DNA from: Sedimentisphaera cyanobacteriorum
Lineage (GTDB): Bacteria > Planctomycetota > Phycisphaerae > Sedimentisphaerales > Sedimentisphaeraceae
Reading direction: 5' to 3'
Assembly (NCBI RefSeq): GCF_001997385.1
Contig: NZ_CP019633.1
Span: 780,001 to 812,000, forward strand
DNA length: 32,000 nt
Part shown: piece after piece, positions 8,488-17,656 of the stretch
Numbering within the stretch: position 1 is the stretch's first letter
Layout: each line of letters starts with the position of its first letter
Translations under genes and position numbers: made by a program
Notes under the pieces: model-generated
What the model saw: only the letters and a program-made list of their open reading frames with translations
Told to the model about the DNA's origin: nothing
The model's database searches: none

Positions 8488-10284
8488 ATGAATTTAGCAA
8501 ATATACGAAATTTTTCCATAGTAGCACACATAGACCACGGCAAGAGTACAATCGCAGACAGGATTATGCTACATGCAGGGGCGGTTACTGAAAGGGAATT
8601 TCATAACCAGCTGCTTGACAGTATGGATCTTGAAAGGGAGCGCGGTATTACTATCAAGGCCTCCGCTGTTACCATGTATGTCAATTACAAGGGCGAGAAA
8701 TATATGCTCAACCTCATTGACACGCCCGGGCATGTGGATTTCAGCTATGAGGTCTCTCGTGCTCTTACCGCCTGCGAGGGGGCACTTCTTGTTGTTGATT
8801 CTGCTCAAGGCGTTGAAGCTCAGACAGTTGCCAATGCTTATCTTGCGATTAATGAAGACCTCGAGATAATTCCTGTGTTGAACAAGATTGACCTTCCTGC
8901 TGCAATGCCCGAAACGGTGATTGAAGAGCTTGGGAACATTCTTGGGATTGGGCAGGAAGAATGCATCTATGTAAGCGCAAAATCCGGCAAGGGAGTGGAC
9001 GATTTGATAGGGGCAATAATAGAAAGGCTGCCCGCACCGGAAGACCACATAAATGATAAGCTTCAGGCCATGGTTTTTGACAGCCATTTTGATGAGTACC
9101 GCGGAGTAATCTGCTACTTGAGGGTTGTTTCCGGCTCTATTAAAGAGGGGCAGAAAATATCATTTATGAGCTGCGGACATAGCTACACGGTAACCGAGCT
9201 TGGCAAATTTACACCGAAGATGGATAAACGCAAGGAGCTGGGCTGCGGTGAGGTTGGTTATATGATTGCCAACATAAAGAGCCTCTCGGATGTACGCGTC
9301 GGCGATACTATTACCAGCCTTGATGAGCCTGCTGAGGAGCCTCTTCCGGGTTATGAGCCTCCAATGCAGATGGTTTTCTCGGATTTCTATCCCGCTCAGA
9401 GCAGTGATTATCCGAAGATGAAGGCCGCATTCGAAAGGCTTGCTCTTAATGACTCAAGCTTTACGTTTTTCCCGCAGAATTCCCCGGCACTGGGTTTTGG
9501 ATTCAGGTGCGGTTTTCTCGGACTTCTGCATATGGAAATTGTGCAGGAACGTCTCGAGAGAGAAAACGATATTGAAGTTATCCAGACCTCGCCCAGTGTG
9601 AGCTATGAAGTGCTCAGCACTTCGGGAGAAATTTTCAAGGTCGATTCGCCTTCTCAGCTTCCAGAGAAGAGCGAAATCGAAGAGTTCAGGGAGCCTTTTG
9701 TTAAGCTTGAAATCATTATGCCCAAAGACTATATCGGTACTGTTATGCAGCTTGCCGAGCAGCGAAGGTGCGTAGTTGGTAAAACTGAATACCTTGGAAG
9801 CAACCGCGTAATGATGCAGTTTAAGGCCCCGCTTGCCGAGATTGTTTACGATTTTTACGATATCCTGAAAGGCGCTACCAGAGGCTACGCAACGATGGAT
9901 TATGAGCTTTTAGGATTTGAGAAAAGCGACCTTGTAAAAATCGATATTCTGGTTAATAAGGTTGAAGTAGATGCTTTGTCAACTATAGTGCACAGGGATT
10001 CTGCTGAGACAAGAGGCCGGAAAATGATAACTCGCCTGCGTCAGGCAATTCCCAGACAGCAGTTTGAAGTTCCCCTTCAGGTGGCTGTAGGGGGTAAAGT
10101 AATCGCTAGGGAAACAATCAAGGCATACAGAAAAGATGTAACCTCTAAGCTTTACGGCGGGGATATTACCCGCAAAATGAAGGTATTAAAAAAGCAGAAA
10201 GAGGGCAAAAAGCGTATGAAGAGTGTTGCATCGGTACAAATCCCGCAAGAGGCGTTTAAGAGCGTCCTCAAATCAGGTGAATAA
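8488..10284 (+). CDS. lepA: Translation elongation factor 4
   Basis: IRNFSIVAHIDHGKST, DTPGHVDF and NKIDL GTPase motifs, the LepA-specific C-terminal domain, 598 aa. Confidence 0.97.
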   Translation: MNLANIRNFSIVAHIDHGKSTIADRIMLHAGAVTEREFHNQLLDSMDLERERGITIKASAVTMYVNYKGEKYMLNLIDTPGHVDFSYEVSRALTACEGALLVVDSAQGVEAQTVANAYLAINEDLEIIPVLNKIDLPAAMPETVIEELGNILGIGQEECIYVSAKSGKGVDDLIGAIIERLPAPEDHINDKLQAMVFDSHFDEYRGVICYLRVVSGSIKEGQKISFMSCGHSYTVTELGKFTPKMDKRKELGCGEVGYMIANIKSLSDVRVGDTITSLDEPAEEPLPGYEPPMQMVFSDFYPAQSSDYPKMKAAFERLALNDSSFTFFPQNSPALGFGFRCGFLGLLHMEIVQERLERENDIEVIQTSPSVSYEVLSTSGEIFKVDSPSQLPEKSEIEEFREPFVKLEIIMPKDYIGTVMQLAEQRRCVVGKTEYLGSNRVMMQFKAPLAEIVYDFYDILKGATRGYATMDYELLGFEKSDLVKIDILVNKVEVDALSTIVHRDSAETRGRKMITRLRQAIPRQQFEVPLQVAVGGKVIARETIKAYRKDVTSKLYGGDITRKMKVLKKQKEGKKRMKSVASVQIPQEAFKSVLKSGE

Positions 10285-10322
10285 TGCCCTCTGTAAATGT
10301 AGTTTAATTATCAGGAGATAAT

Positions 10323-10898
10323 ATGTTAAAGAATCTTAAGGCCATGTGGCCGGTTGTTACATTAGTGTTAATAGTGCTTTTTGGAGCAGGCATTGCTTTT
10401 GCAATGGAATCTGGTGCAAGCGAAAAAGAAGTTGCTCATCAGATTGCATTTCACGGTGCTGTAACCTTATTTATGGTTTATGCTACAGCAGTGCTTGGGC
10501 TCAGCGAGGCTAAGAGTTCTTATCAGTCTTCAAAATATAATAAAAGATCAAAACAGACTAAAACCAGCAAGAACACCAAAAAGTCAAAGCCTTCTGCACC
10601 AAGGCTCCCGAAAGAAGGGCCAGTAACTATTCACGTAAGGAATCTTGCCTCTGATGTTTTCGAAACTCATCTCAGAGAGATATTCTCCAAGTACGGCGAG
10701 GTGAATTCGGTAAGGATTATTGCTGATAAAGAGACAGGCGATTCCAAAGGTTACGGGTTTATTGAGATGTCTAAACCTGCAGAAGCTGGCAAGGCTATTG
10801 AAGGAGTAAACGGAACTGATCTTTCAGGCAAGGCTATTAATGTAACAGTGGCTAAAAGCCGCAGACCGAAAAACAAAAATTACACTAAAAAAAGCTGA
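10323..10898 (+). CDS. Membrane-anchored RNA-binding protein (2 predicted TM helices + K-rich linker + RRM domain)
   Basis: Strong SD (AGGAG at 10313-10317). The N-terminus has two hydrophobic segments: WPVVTLVLIVLFGAGIAFAM and IAFHGAVTLFMVYATAVLGL. A Lys/Ser-rich linker follows. The C-terminal RRM has RNP2 IHVRNL and RNP1 KGYGFIEM. Confidence 0.8.
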   Translation: MLKNLKAMWPVVTLVLIVLFGAGIAFAMESGASEKEVAHQIAFHGAVTLFMVYATAVLGLSEAKSSYQSSKYNKRSKQTKTSKNTKKSKPSAPRLPKEGPVTIHVRNLASDVFETHLREIFSKYGEVNSVRIIADKETGDSKGYGFIEMSKPAEAGKAIEGVNGTDLSGKAINVTVAKSRRPKNKNYTKKS

Positions 10899-10902
10899 TT
10901 TT

Positions 10903-12180
10903 ATGGACAGATTCAATTATAAAAACGGGGAGCTGCATATAGAGCAGCTCCCTGCTTTAAAGATTATCGAAGAAGTGGGCACGGCCTGTTACGTGTACAG
11001 CAAGAACACTTTCCTTGACCACCTGCACAAAATACAGAACGCCTATGCTCAGCTCGACACGACTGTATGCTATTCAATAAAGGCCTGCAGCAATATAAAC
11101 ATACTAAAATTTTTAAGTGATAGCGGCTCGGGCTTTGATATCGTAAGCGGAGGCGAGCTCTTCAGAGCGGTTAAGGCCGGAGCTGATATGAAGAAAATTG
11201 TCTATGCCGGCGTCGGAAAGACCGACGAAGAGATCAAGCAGGCGCTTGATGCCGGAATAGAATATTTTAACATTGAAAGCGAACAGGAACTTGAAAACCT
11301 GATCAGGCTCAGCTCTGAGAAGGGCTGCTCAGCCAAAGCTGCTTTAAGGGTAAATCCCGATGTGGACCCTAAAACCCACGCCTACATCACTACAGGCAAG
11401 AAAGAAAGCAAATTCGGAGTTGATATAGAAAGAGCTGAAAAGGTTTTCGATACCTACTCCGGAAATCCAAGCGTTAAGCTTCGGGCTATACATATTCACC
11501 TTGGCTCAGGCGGGAACACCGTTGACCCTTATGTTGAAGCAATAGAAAAAATCTTAGGTCTTATAGACACTCTTCGCAGCAAGGGTTATGAGATTGAAGC
11601 TCTCGATATTGGCGGCGGGTACGGCGCAGACTACGTTACCGGATACGGCCCTTCAGCAAAGCAGTATGCCGAGGCGATTGTACCTCTGCTGAAGGACAAA
11701 AACTTGAAATTAATCCTTGAACCGGGCAAGAGCATTGCCGCCAATGCAGGGATACTGCTCTCTGAGGTTCAGTATGTTAAGCAGGGCGGCAGCAAAAAGT
11801 TTGCGATAGTTGATGCCGCTATGAATGATATGATTAGGCCGTCATTGTACGACGCATTCCATTTTATCTGGCCTGTGAAAACAGATGCCAGTTTCGTGCC
11901 GAAGCACAGAAACGAGAATATGCAAATGGAAGGTCTTGAAAAGTATGATGTTGTAGGCCCGATATGCGAGGGAAGCGATTTCCTTGCCAAAGAAAGACTC
12001 TTGCCTCCCCTCAAGAGAGGCGATGTGATCGGGCTTTTCACGGCGGGTGCTTATGGATTTACCATGGCAAGCAATTACAATTCTCGCCCAATGCTTCCGG
12101 AGGTTCTTGTGGACGGCGATGATTACACGATAATCAGAAAGCGTCAAACTTACGATGACCTGATTAGCCTTGAACAGTAA
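10903..12180 (+). CDS. lysA: Diaminopimelate decarboxylase
   Basis: 425 aa fold-III PLP decarboxylase with YSIKAC (PLP Lys), HIHLGS, LDIGGG, EPGKSI and GPICE motifs. It starts 4 nt after the RRM gene. Confidence 0.95.
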   Translation: MDRFNYKNGELHIEQLPALKIIEEVGTACYVYSKNTFLDHLHKIQNAYAQLDTTVCYSIKACSNINILKFLSDSGSGFDIVSGGELFRAVKAGADMKKIVYAGVGKTDEEIKQALDAGIEYFNIESEQELENLIRLSSEKGCSAKAALRVNPDVDPKTHAYITTGKKESKFGVDIERAEKVFDTYSGNPSVKLRAIHIHLGSGGNTVDPYVEAIEKILGLIDTLRSKGYEIEALDIGGGYGADYVTGYGPSAKQYAEAIVPLLKDKNLKLILEPGKSIAANAGILLSEVQYVKQGGSKKFAIVDAAMNDMIRPSLYDAFHFIWPVKTDASFVPKHRNENMQMEGLEKYDVVGPICEGSDFLAKERLLPPLKRGDVIGLFTAGAYGFTMASNYNSRPMLPEVLVDGDDYTIIRKRQTYDDLISLEQ

Positions 12181-12209
12181 ATCAGAGCGTTTTTGAAACA
12201 CTGATTTTT
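12180..12209 (+). terminator. Weak candidate intrinsic terminator after lysA
   Basis: AATCAG (12180-85) pairs with CTGATT (12201-06). An inner GTTT/AAAC helix is followed by a T-run (12205-12209). The stem is AT-rich and interrupted. Confidence 0.3.
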
Positions 12210-12376
12210 CACATTAAGAACAAAATTGTTCAATGACAGTATAAAAACGAGATTAAACTTTTTGACTAATTTACTGTTTAAGAATCAGTTTTTTCAAAGA
12301 TTGAAATACATATAAGAATTTCTCAAGTTTGACAATTCGACCGAGAAGCGGTCTTATAATGAAAGGGGGGTTCGCT

Positions 12377-14476
12377 ATGACGAATTCAGCGCTGAAAATT
12401 TTATACCTTCTGATAATTTTTGCTTCGGGAGCATTATCAGCTGGTTTTTCTTATGCGGGAACCCCCGACCTTGCCCCCACAGTTCCTAACGACTGGCTTG
12501 AAGAGATTCCCGTAGGTTATCAGCAGCTTTCCGATTATGAAGACCATAATTCCAGTCCATTCTACATTAGCGGCAGCGACCTCTATTACAACATAGCGGT
12601 TGAAAATATCGGCAATTCTATTGCAGGCGATTTCTATATCCGAATAGAATTGGACGGCCCGCAGACGGACAGCTGGATTTACAATCTGGATTTATGGCCA
12701 TTTTTCTCCGATGAAACCTTCAGCTTCAGCAGCGATAAGTATCTAGGAAACCTTCAGCCCGGAGCTTATACTATTTCAGTAGAGATTGATTACTATGATG
12801 ATGTTCAGGAAAGCGATGAGTCCAATAATTACTTTGAACGTATAATAACAGTGGGAGAGGCTGGTTACAGCTCTATTTCCGGCAGAATTTTCGGTGATTT
12901 GAATTTTAATTCCAGTAAGGATGCAGGCGAAATTGGTCCTGAGGGCTGGACAGTGTATTCAGATACGAATTTCAACGGAGCTTTTGACTCCAGCGAACCA
13001 AACGATATTACAGATTCAAACGGGAATTACACCCTAACAGGCCTAAAGGCAGGCAGCCATTTAGTTTGTGCTGTTTCACAGTCTGGGTGGGTACAGACCT
13101 ATCCTTATCAGCTAAGCGCCCCTGAGCCCCAGAAAATGAGCACTGCTGAGAGCCAGCCTGACAATTATACTACCCAAGGCTCAAACGCCCCCTTATTCAA
13201 AATGGGGCAAACTGACAGCGAAATCAGGCCTAATATGATTGAAGCTAACGATTTGATTGGAATCAGCGATTTCCGTAACGATTACACATTTGCGGGCTAC
13301 AGTGGTCAGGGCTATGCAGCAGCTGTTATAGACACGGGCGTTGATGTTGACCACAGCTTTTTCGGGCCGGATTTGGACAATGACGGCGTAGCAGACAAAA
13401 TCGTATATCAGTACGATTTTGCAGAAAACGACAGCAGCGCCGCTGATTACGACGGCCACGGCACACACGTTGCCAGCATTATAGCCAGCGAAGACGACAC
13501 TTACCCGGGAATTGCACCTGATGCGGATATAATTGCACTGAAAGTTTTTGATGATGAAGGCAATGCCACCTTCGGATACGTAGAAAATGCTCTTCAGTGG
13601 GTTGTGGATAATGCAGATGCCTATAACATAGCGACCGTTAATATCTCTCTCGGAGACGGTGAAAATGACGCGACCTTTACTCCCGGATACGGCCTGAACG
13701 ATGAGTTAGCAGCTCTTGTTGAGATGGACATACCCACGTTTTGCTCTGCCGGGAACAGCTATATGGATTTCAATCCTGCTGAGGGCTGTTCTTATCCGGG
13801 CTCTGATCTCAATACAATATCGGTAGGGGCGGTTTTTGATGATGATATTGGTTATATGTCCTATTCCGGCGGGGCAACGGCATTTTCCTCAGATTCAGAC
13901 AGGATAACGCCCTTCACACTCAGGCATTCGGATATATCGTGTATTATGGCTCCGGGCGCTCAGATTACAGCCGCGGGCCTGGGTTCTATTTCAACGATGA
14001 GCGGCACTTCTCAGGCCTCTCCGGTTCTGGCAGGGGTGAGCATTATTGCCCAGCAGATCTCTGAGGACATCCTTCAAAGAAGGCTCAGCTTTGCGGAAAT
14101 GAAAGATTTGATAAAAGCAGCAGCAGCAGACATTTACGATGGAGACGACGAAAACGATAACGTTGATCATACTTATGAAAACTATAAAAGGGTAAATGCA
14201 TACGATCTTTCAAACGCATTAATTGAGATATCGGATGTTCACAAAAATTACGTTACTCTCGAAGCAGGGGAGGCCAAAACAGATTTAGATTTCGGTTTTT
14301 ATAAACTTACGCCCGACTTTAACACTGACGGGGCGGTCAATCAGACTGATTTATCGATCTTTGCCTCGTGCTGGCTGCAGAGTCCTGAAGGGGACTGTGT
14401 GAAGACAGATATAGATGAAAGCGGTTTTATTGACTATATAGACTTTAAACACTTAGTCCAGCTTTGGGGAATATAA
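12377..14476 (+). CDS. Secreted subtilisin-family (S8) serine peptidase with N-terminal CARDB-like and SdrD-B/Cna-B-like domains and C-terminal dockerin-type repeats
   Basis: Start moved to the ATG at 12377 (SD AAGGGGGG at 12362-70; the track TTG at 12329 lies inside a TTGACA hexamer). Signal peptide: MTNSALKILYLLIIFASGALSAGFSYAG. CARDB-like: NIGNS...ESDESNNY. SdrD-B-like: ISGRIFGDLNFN...SNGNYTLTGL. Catalytic triad: VIDTGVD, HGTHVASI, SGTSQASP. C-terminus: DFNTDGAVNQTDL and DIDESGFIDYIDF, which resemble Ca-binding dockerin repeats. Confidence 0.85.
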   Translation: MTNSALKILYLLIIFASGALSAGFSYAGTPDLAPTVPNDWLEEIPVGYQQLSDYEDHNSSPFYISGSDLYYNIAVENIGNSIAGDFYIRIELDGPQTDSWIYNLDLWPFFSDETFSFSSDKYLGNLQPGAYTISVEIDYYDDVQESDESNNYFERIITVGEAGYSSISGRIFGDLNFNSSKDAGEIGPEGWTVYSDTNFNGAFDSSEPNDITDSNGNYTLTGLKAGSHLVCAVSQSGWVQTYPYQLSAPEPQKMSTAESQPDNYTTQGSNAPLFKMGQTDSEIRPNMIEANDLIGISDFRNDYTFAGYSGQGYAAAVIDTGVDVDHSFFGPDLDNDGVADKIVYQYDFAENDSSAADYDGHGTHVASIIASEDDTYPGIAPDADIIALKVFDDEGNATFGYVENALQWVVDNADAYNIATVNISLGDGENDATFTPGYGLNDELAALVEMDIPTFCSAGNSYMDFNPAEGCSYPGSDLNTISVGAVFDDDIGYMSYSGGATAFSSDSDRITPFTLRHSDISCIMAPGAQITAAGLGSISTMSGTSQASPVLAGVSIIAQQISEDILQRRLSFAEMKDLIKAAAADIYDGDDENDNVDHTYENYKRVNAYDLSNALIEISDVHKNYVTLEAGEAKTDLDFGFYKLTPDFNTDGAVNQTDLSIFASCWLQSPEGDCVKTDIDESGFIDYIDFKHLVQLWGI

Positions 14477-14521
14477 TTTTTTTAAGAAAATTTAAATGTT
14501 TGGATAATTAGCAATTTGCTG

Positions 14522-14549
14522 TTGAACATAAAATATTATTCTCTAAAAT
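14522..14549 (+). promoter_or_regulatory. Candidate promoter for the dksA-like gene
   Basis: TTGAAC (14522-27), a 16-nt spacer, then TAAAAT (14544-49). Confidence 0.3.
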
Positions 14550-14601
14550 TCTAAACGCTTTCAGAAAGATATTAAAAACAGCAATTAAGGTAGTCAAGAG
14601 T

Positions 14602-15060
14602 ATGGCTCAAAAAAGATCAAAGAAACCTAAGCACCTTACAAGTAAGGAATTGAATCAGTTTAAGTATCTGCTGCTCAAGAGAAGGGCGGAAATACTTGGT
14701 GATTTCACCCAGATAGAAAATGATACCTTAAAAAACACAATGGGAGAGTCTAATGGAGACCTCTCGAGTATGCCGATACATATGGCTGATCTGGGAAGCG
14801 ACAATTATTCTCAAGATTTCGCACTGAATTTGATGAAAAGTGAACGTGAAACTCTCTCAGAAATCACGCACGCTTTGAAGAAGTTTGAAAAAGGCACTTA
14901 CGGTCTCTGCGAAGCAACCGGAGAAGCAATCAACAAAAAACGGCTTGAGGCAAAGCCTTGGGCGAGATACTGCATTGCATACGCGAGACTCCTTGAGAAG
15001 GATCTGGTTAGAGAAGGCCAAAAGATCAATTTAGAAGATTATCAGCAGTATCTGGCATAA
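14602..15060 (+). CDS. dksA: DksA/TraR-family RNA-polymerase-binding regulator (incomplete Cys4 finger)
   Basis: The coiled-coil region has an acidic tip (HMADLGSDNYSQDFALNL). The C-terminal YGLCEATGEAINKKRLEAKPWARYCIAY matches DksA C..CG..I...RL.A.P.A..C..C, but the second Cys of each pair is replaced (T and Y). Confidence 0.8.
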   Translation: MAQKRSKKPKHLTSKELNQFKYLLLKRRAEILGDFTQIENDTLKNTMGESNGDLSSMPIHMADLGSDNYSQDFALNLMKSERETLSEITHALKKFEKGTYGLCEATGEAINKKRLEAKPWARYCIAYARLLEKDLVREGQKINLEDYQQYLA

Positions 15061-16014
15061 TCAGCCGTATATAAAACAGTATGCTGTATAGCCTATATAT
15101 ATGAGCAGCAGAAATGCCCCGTTGCCTCTTGATATTTTACCGCCTCGGGCGGCAAAGATCTGGAAGATTATTCCAGTAGCAAGAACCAGCAGGTAGTCTG
15201 CTCCTTTGAGCCTTGCTTCAAAGCTGAACGGGCTGATTGTAGAGGCAGTTCCTGTAACCAAAAGGGCGTTGAAAATATTAGAGCCTATCAGATTGCCCAC
15301 AGATATGTTTTCATGGCCTTTAAGTGCTGCTGTTACGCAAGTGATTAATTCTGGAAGGCTTGTTCCTATAGCAAGAACTATCAATCCGATTACAGCCTCG
15401 CTTATGCCTATAACCCTGCCAATATATACAGCGCCTTCGAGCGCGAGCTTTGCCCCTGCAATCAGAAATAACAAACCGATCACAAGAAAAACAACGCTTT
15501 TGCGAAGAGGCATTTGTGTTTCAGGCACAGGCTCTAAAGCTGCAATTTTTATCCCCTTCCTGGCCTCATATATCACAAGATACAGCAGAATTATAAACGC
15601 TGCCAGCATTAAGAGGCCTTCGATTCTGCTGATATAGCAGTTCCAAAGGAATGCCAGCATAAGAAGTACGATAATATTCATTGCGGGCATTTCGATCCTG
15701 CTTACCCGCCTGCTCACCGCCATCGGCTTTATAATCGAGCTGATTCCGCCTATCAATGCGATATTTGCAATGTTTGAACCAAAGATATTCCCCAAAGCTG
15801 CTGAGCCTGCGCCTTTCATTGCAGCAGCTGTGCTTGAGGCAGCTTCAGGAGCGCTTGTCCCGATGGAAACCACTGTAAGGCCTACTACAAAAGTGCTCAC
15901 GCCTGCCTTTTTTGCAAGAGACACAGAGCTTTCAACGAGCATATCAGCCCCTTTGCAGAGCATATAAACGCCGGCAATATTCGCAAGAACAGCCGTTATG
16001 ATGTTAAGATCCAA
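15061..16014 (-). CDS. Ca2+/Na+ antiporter, CaCA family (YrbG-like)
   Basis: About 10 hydrophobic segments and two alpha-repeat motifs (GTSAPE and GTSLPE). The TTG start is preceded by GGGAG with a 5-nt spacer. The stop codon directly abuts the dksA stop (TAA|TCA). Confidence 0.85.
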   Translation of the reverse strand: MDLNIITAVLANIAGVYMLCKGADMLVESSVSLAKKAGVSTFVVGLTVVSIGTSAPEAASSTAAAMKGAGSAALGNIFGSNIANIALIGGISSIIKPMAVSRRVSRIEMPAMNIIVLLMLAFLWNCYISRIEGLLMLAAFIILLYLVIYEARKGIKIAALEPVPETQMPLRKSVVFLVIGLLFLIAGAKLALEGAVYIGRVIGISEAVIGLIVLAIGTSLPELITCVTAALKGHENISVGNLIGSNIFNALLVTGTASTISPFSFEARLKGADYLLVLATGIIFQIFAARGGKISRGNGAFLLLIYIGYTAYCFIYG

Positions 16015-16030
16015 TCAAACTCCCTGTCTG

Positions 16031-16069
16031 AAAAATAAACAGGGCAGCACAATAATGCACCTGCCCTGT
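16031..16069 (-). terminator. Rho-independent terminator downstream of citrate synthase
   Basis: On the minus strand, ACAGGGCAG (16069..16061) pairs with CTGCCCTGT (16047..16039). This is a 9-bp perfect stem with a 13-nt loop, followed by TTATTTTT (16038..16031). Confidence 0.6.
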
Positions 16070-16095
16070 AAAAATATTATAGTGAATTGTTGTTT

Positions 16096-17448
16096 TTAAC
16101 GTTCATCCAAAGGTATGTATGGTTTTCTTTTAGCCACGCTCTTGTATGCCGGCCTTATAATTCTCCCGCCGCTTGCAATTTCTTCGAGTGCGTGAGCGCT
16201 CCAGCCGGCAATTCTGGCCATAGCGAACATCGGCGTGTAAAGGTCTGTAGGTATTCCGAGAATCTTGTAAACGAAGCCTGAATAGAAATCGACATTAGCG
16301 CTTATGACTTTATCGCTTTTCTTTACATCCGCAAATACCTGCGGCGTGATCTTCTCAACATTTTTATACAGCTCGAATTCTCTTTCGTAGCCTTTTTCCG
16401 ATACGAGCTCTTCCACCTTCTTTTTGAAGATTTCGGCTCTCGGGTCGGATTTAGTATATACTGCGTGTCCCATACCATACACAAGGCCGGTTCTGTCGAA
16501 TGCCTGCTTGCGTATTATTCGTGCAAGATATTCCTCAATTTCCTTTTCATCAGTCCAATTGCTTACGTTTCTGGAAATGTCTTCCATCATTTCAATTACA
16601 CGGATATTTGCCCCTCCGTGCTTGAGGCCTTTCAGCGAACCGATTGCTGCTGCAATTGCTGAATATATATCGGTATCAGAGCTCATAACCACGTGGGTTG
16701 TAAAAGATGAATTGTTTCCGCCGCCATGCTCAGCGTGTACAACAAGAGCCAGATCGAGGATTTCAGCCTCAACCTCCGAAAAGGCACCGTCCGGCCTTAT
16801 AAGCCTCAGGAAGTTTTCAGCAGTGCCCATATTTTCGTCCGGGCGGTGAATAACGAGGCTCTGATTATCAAAATTATGAATTTTGGCTTGATAACCGTAT
16901 GCAATCATTACAGGGAATTTTGCAACAAGCTCAATGCATTGACGAAGGATTGTTTTTAACGTTCTTCCTTCGGGATTTCTGTCGTAGGAATAAGCAAAAA
17001 GCACGCTGCGTGCGAGTTTATTCATAATATTTCGGCTCGGCGCCTTCATACTTATCTCTTTGTACTCGCTCGGCAGATCCCTGTAGGAAGACATAATCTG
17101 CTTGAAATTGCTCAAGTTATCTTTGTCGGGGAGTTTGCCGAAAAGCAGAAGATAAACTGTTTCTTCAAATCCAAACCTTTTTTCCTTAAGGAAGCCGCTG
17201 CAAAGGTCGAGAAGATCTATACCACGGTACTTCAAAGAACCTTCAACAGGAACTTTTTCCTTTTCGTCAACGATATAGCCGTGAACATCGCCTATCTCGG
17301 TAAGACCGACTAAAACGCCTGTCCCGTCGGAATTTCGCAGACCCCGCTTTACGTTATAGTTCTCATAATGTTTCAGGTCTATTTTGTTTGCAGACTTTGC
17401 GTATTTCGCATTCTTGTCAAGGAACTGTTTTTCAAATTCATAATCCAT
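16096..17448 (-). CDS. gltA: Citrate synthase
   Basis: 450 aa with HAEHGGGN, GMGHAVYTKSDPR and NVDFYSG catalytic-region motifs. SD GAGGT lies upstream of the ATG. Confidence 0.9.
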   Translation of the reverse strand: MDYEFEKQFLDKNAKYAKSANKIDLKHYENYNVKRGLRNSDGTGVLVGLTEIGDVHGYIVDEKEKVPVEGSLKYRGIDLLDLCSGFLKEKRFGFEETVYLLLFGKLPDKDNLSNFKQIMSSYRDLPSEYKEISMKAPSRNIMNKLARSVLFAYSYDRNPEGRTLKTILRQCIELVAKFPVMIAYGYQAKIHNFDNQSLVIHRPDENMGTAENFLRLIRPDGAFSEVEAEILDLALVVHAEHGGGNNSSFTTHVVMSSDTDIYSAIAAAIGSLKGLKHGGANIRVIEMMEDISRNVSNWTDEKEIEEYLARIIRKQAFDRTGLVYGMGHAVYTKSDPRAEIFKKKVEELVSEKGYEREFELYKNVEKITPQVFADVKKSDKVISANVDFYSGFVYKILGIPTDLYTPMFAMARIAGWSAHALEEIASGGRIIRPAYKSVAKRKPYIPLDER

Positions 17449-17656
17449 TCTTACCTCGCTAAATGCTTATCGTTATATTAAGGAAATATGCGCAGCACTG
17501 CCATCTTCAGTCTCTTAGACAAAACATGTTCACACTAATTCCCCGTGAAAAGCCTGCTTAGAGAAAAGCAAACGCCTATTCTCAGTAAAAGCGCATATTT
17601 AAACCTTAGATATTCTAATCTTAAGGTGAAATATTTCAAATCAAAAATTTCTCATT

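Noticed and set aside
12329-12360. TTGACA ... TATAAT pair upstream of the S8 protease gene.
   Set aside because: The hexamers are perfect, but the spacer is 20 nt, which is too long for a standard sigma70 promoter. The predicted start site would also fall inside the SD. It is not reported as a promoter.
17627-17638. A perfect 12-bp palindrome TGAAATATTTCA just downstream of the secreted-protein gene and ~180 nt upstream of citrate synthase. There is also an 11-bp AGCAATTTGCT palindrome near 14510.
   Set aside because: These are short AT-rich palindromes of a kind expected by chance in AT-rich spacers. They have no loop for a terminator, no repeat copies, and no recognisable regulator motif.
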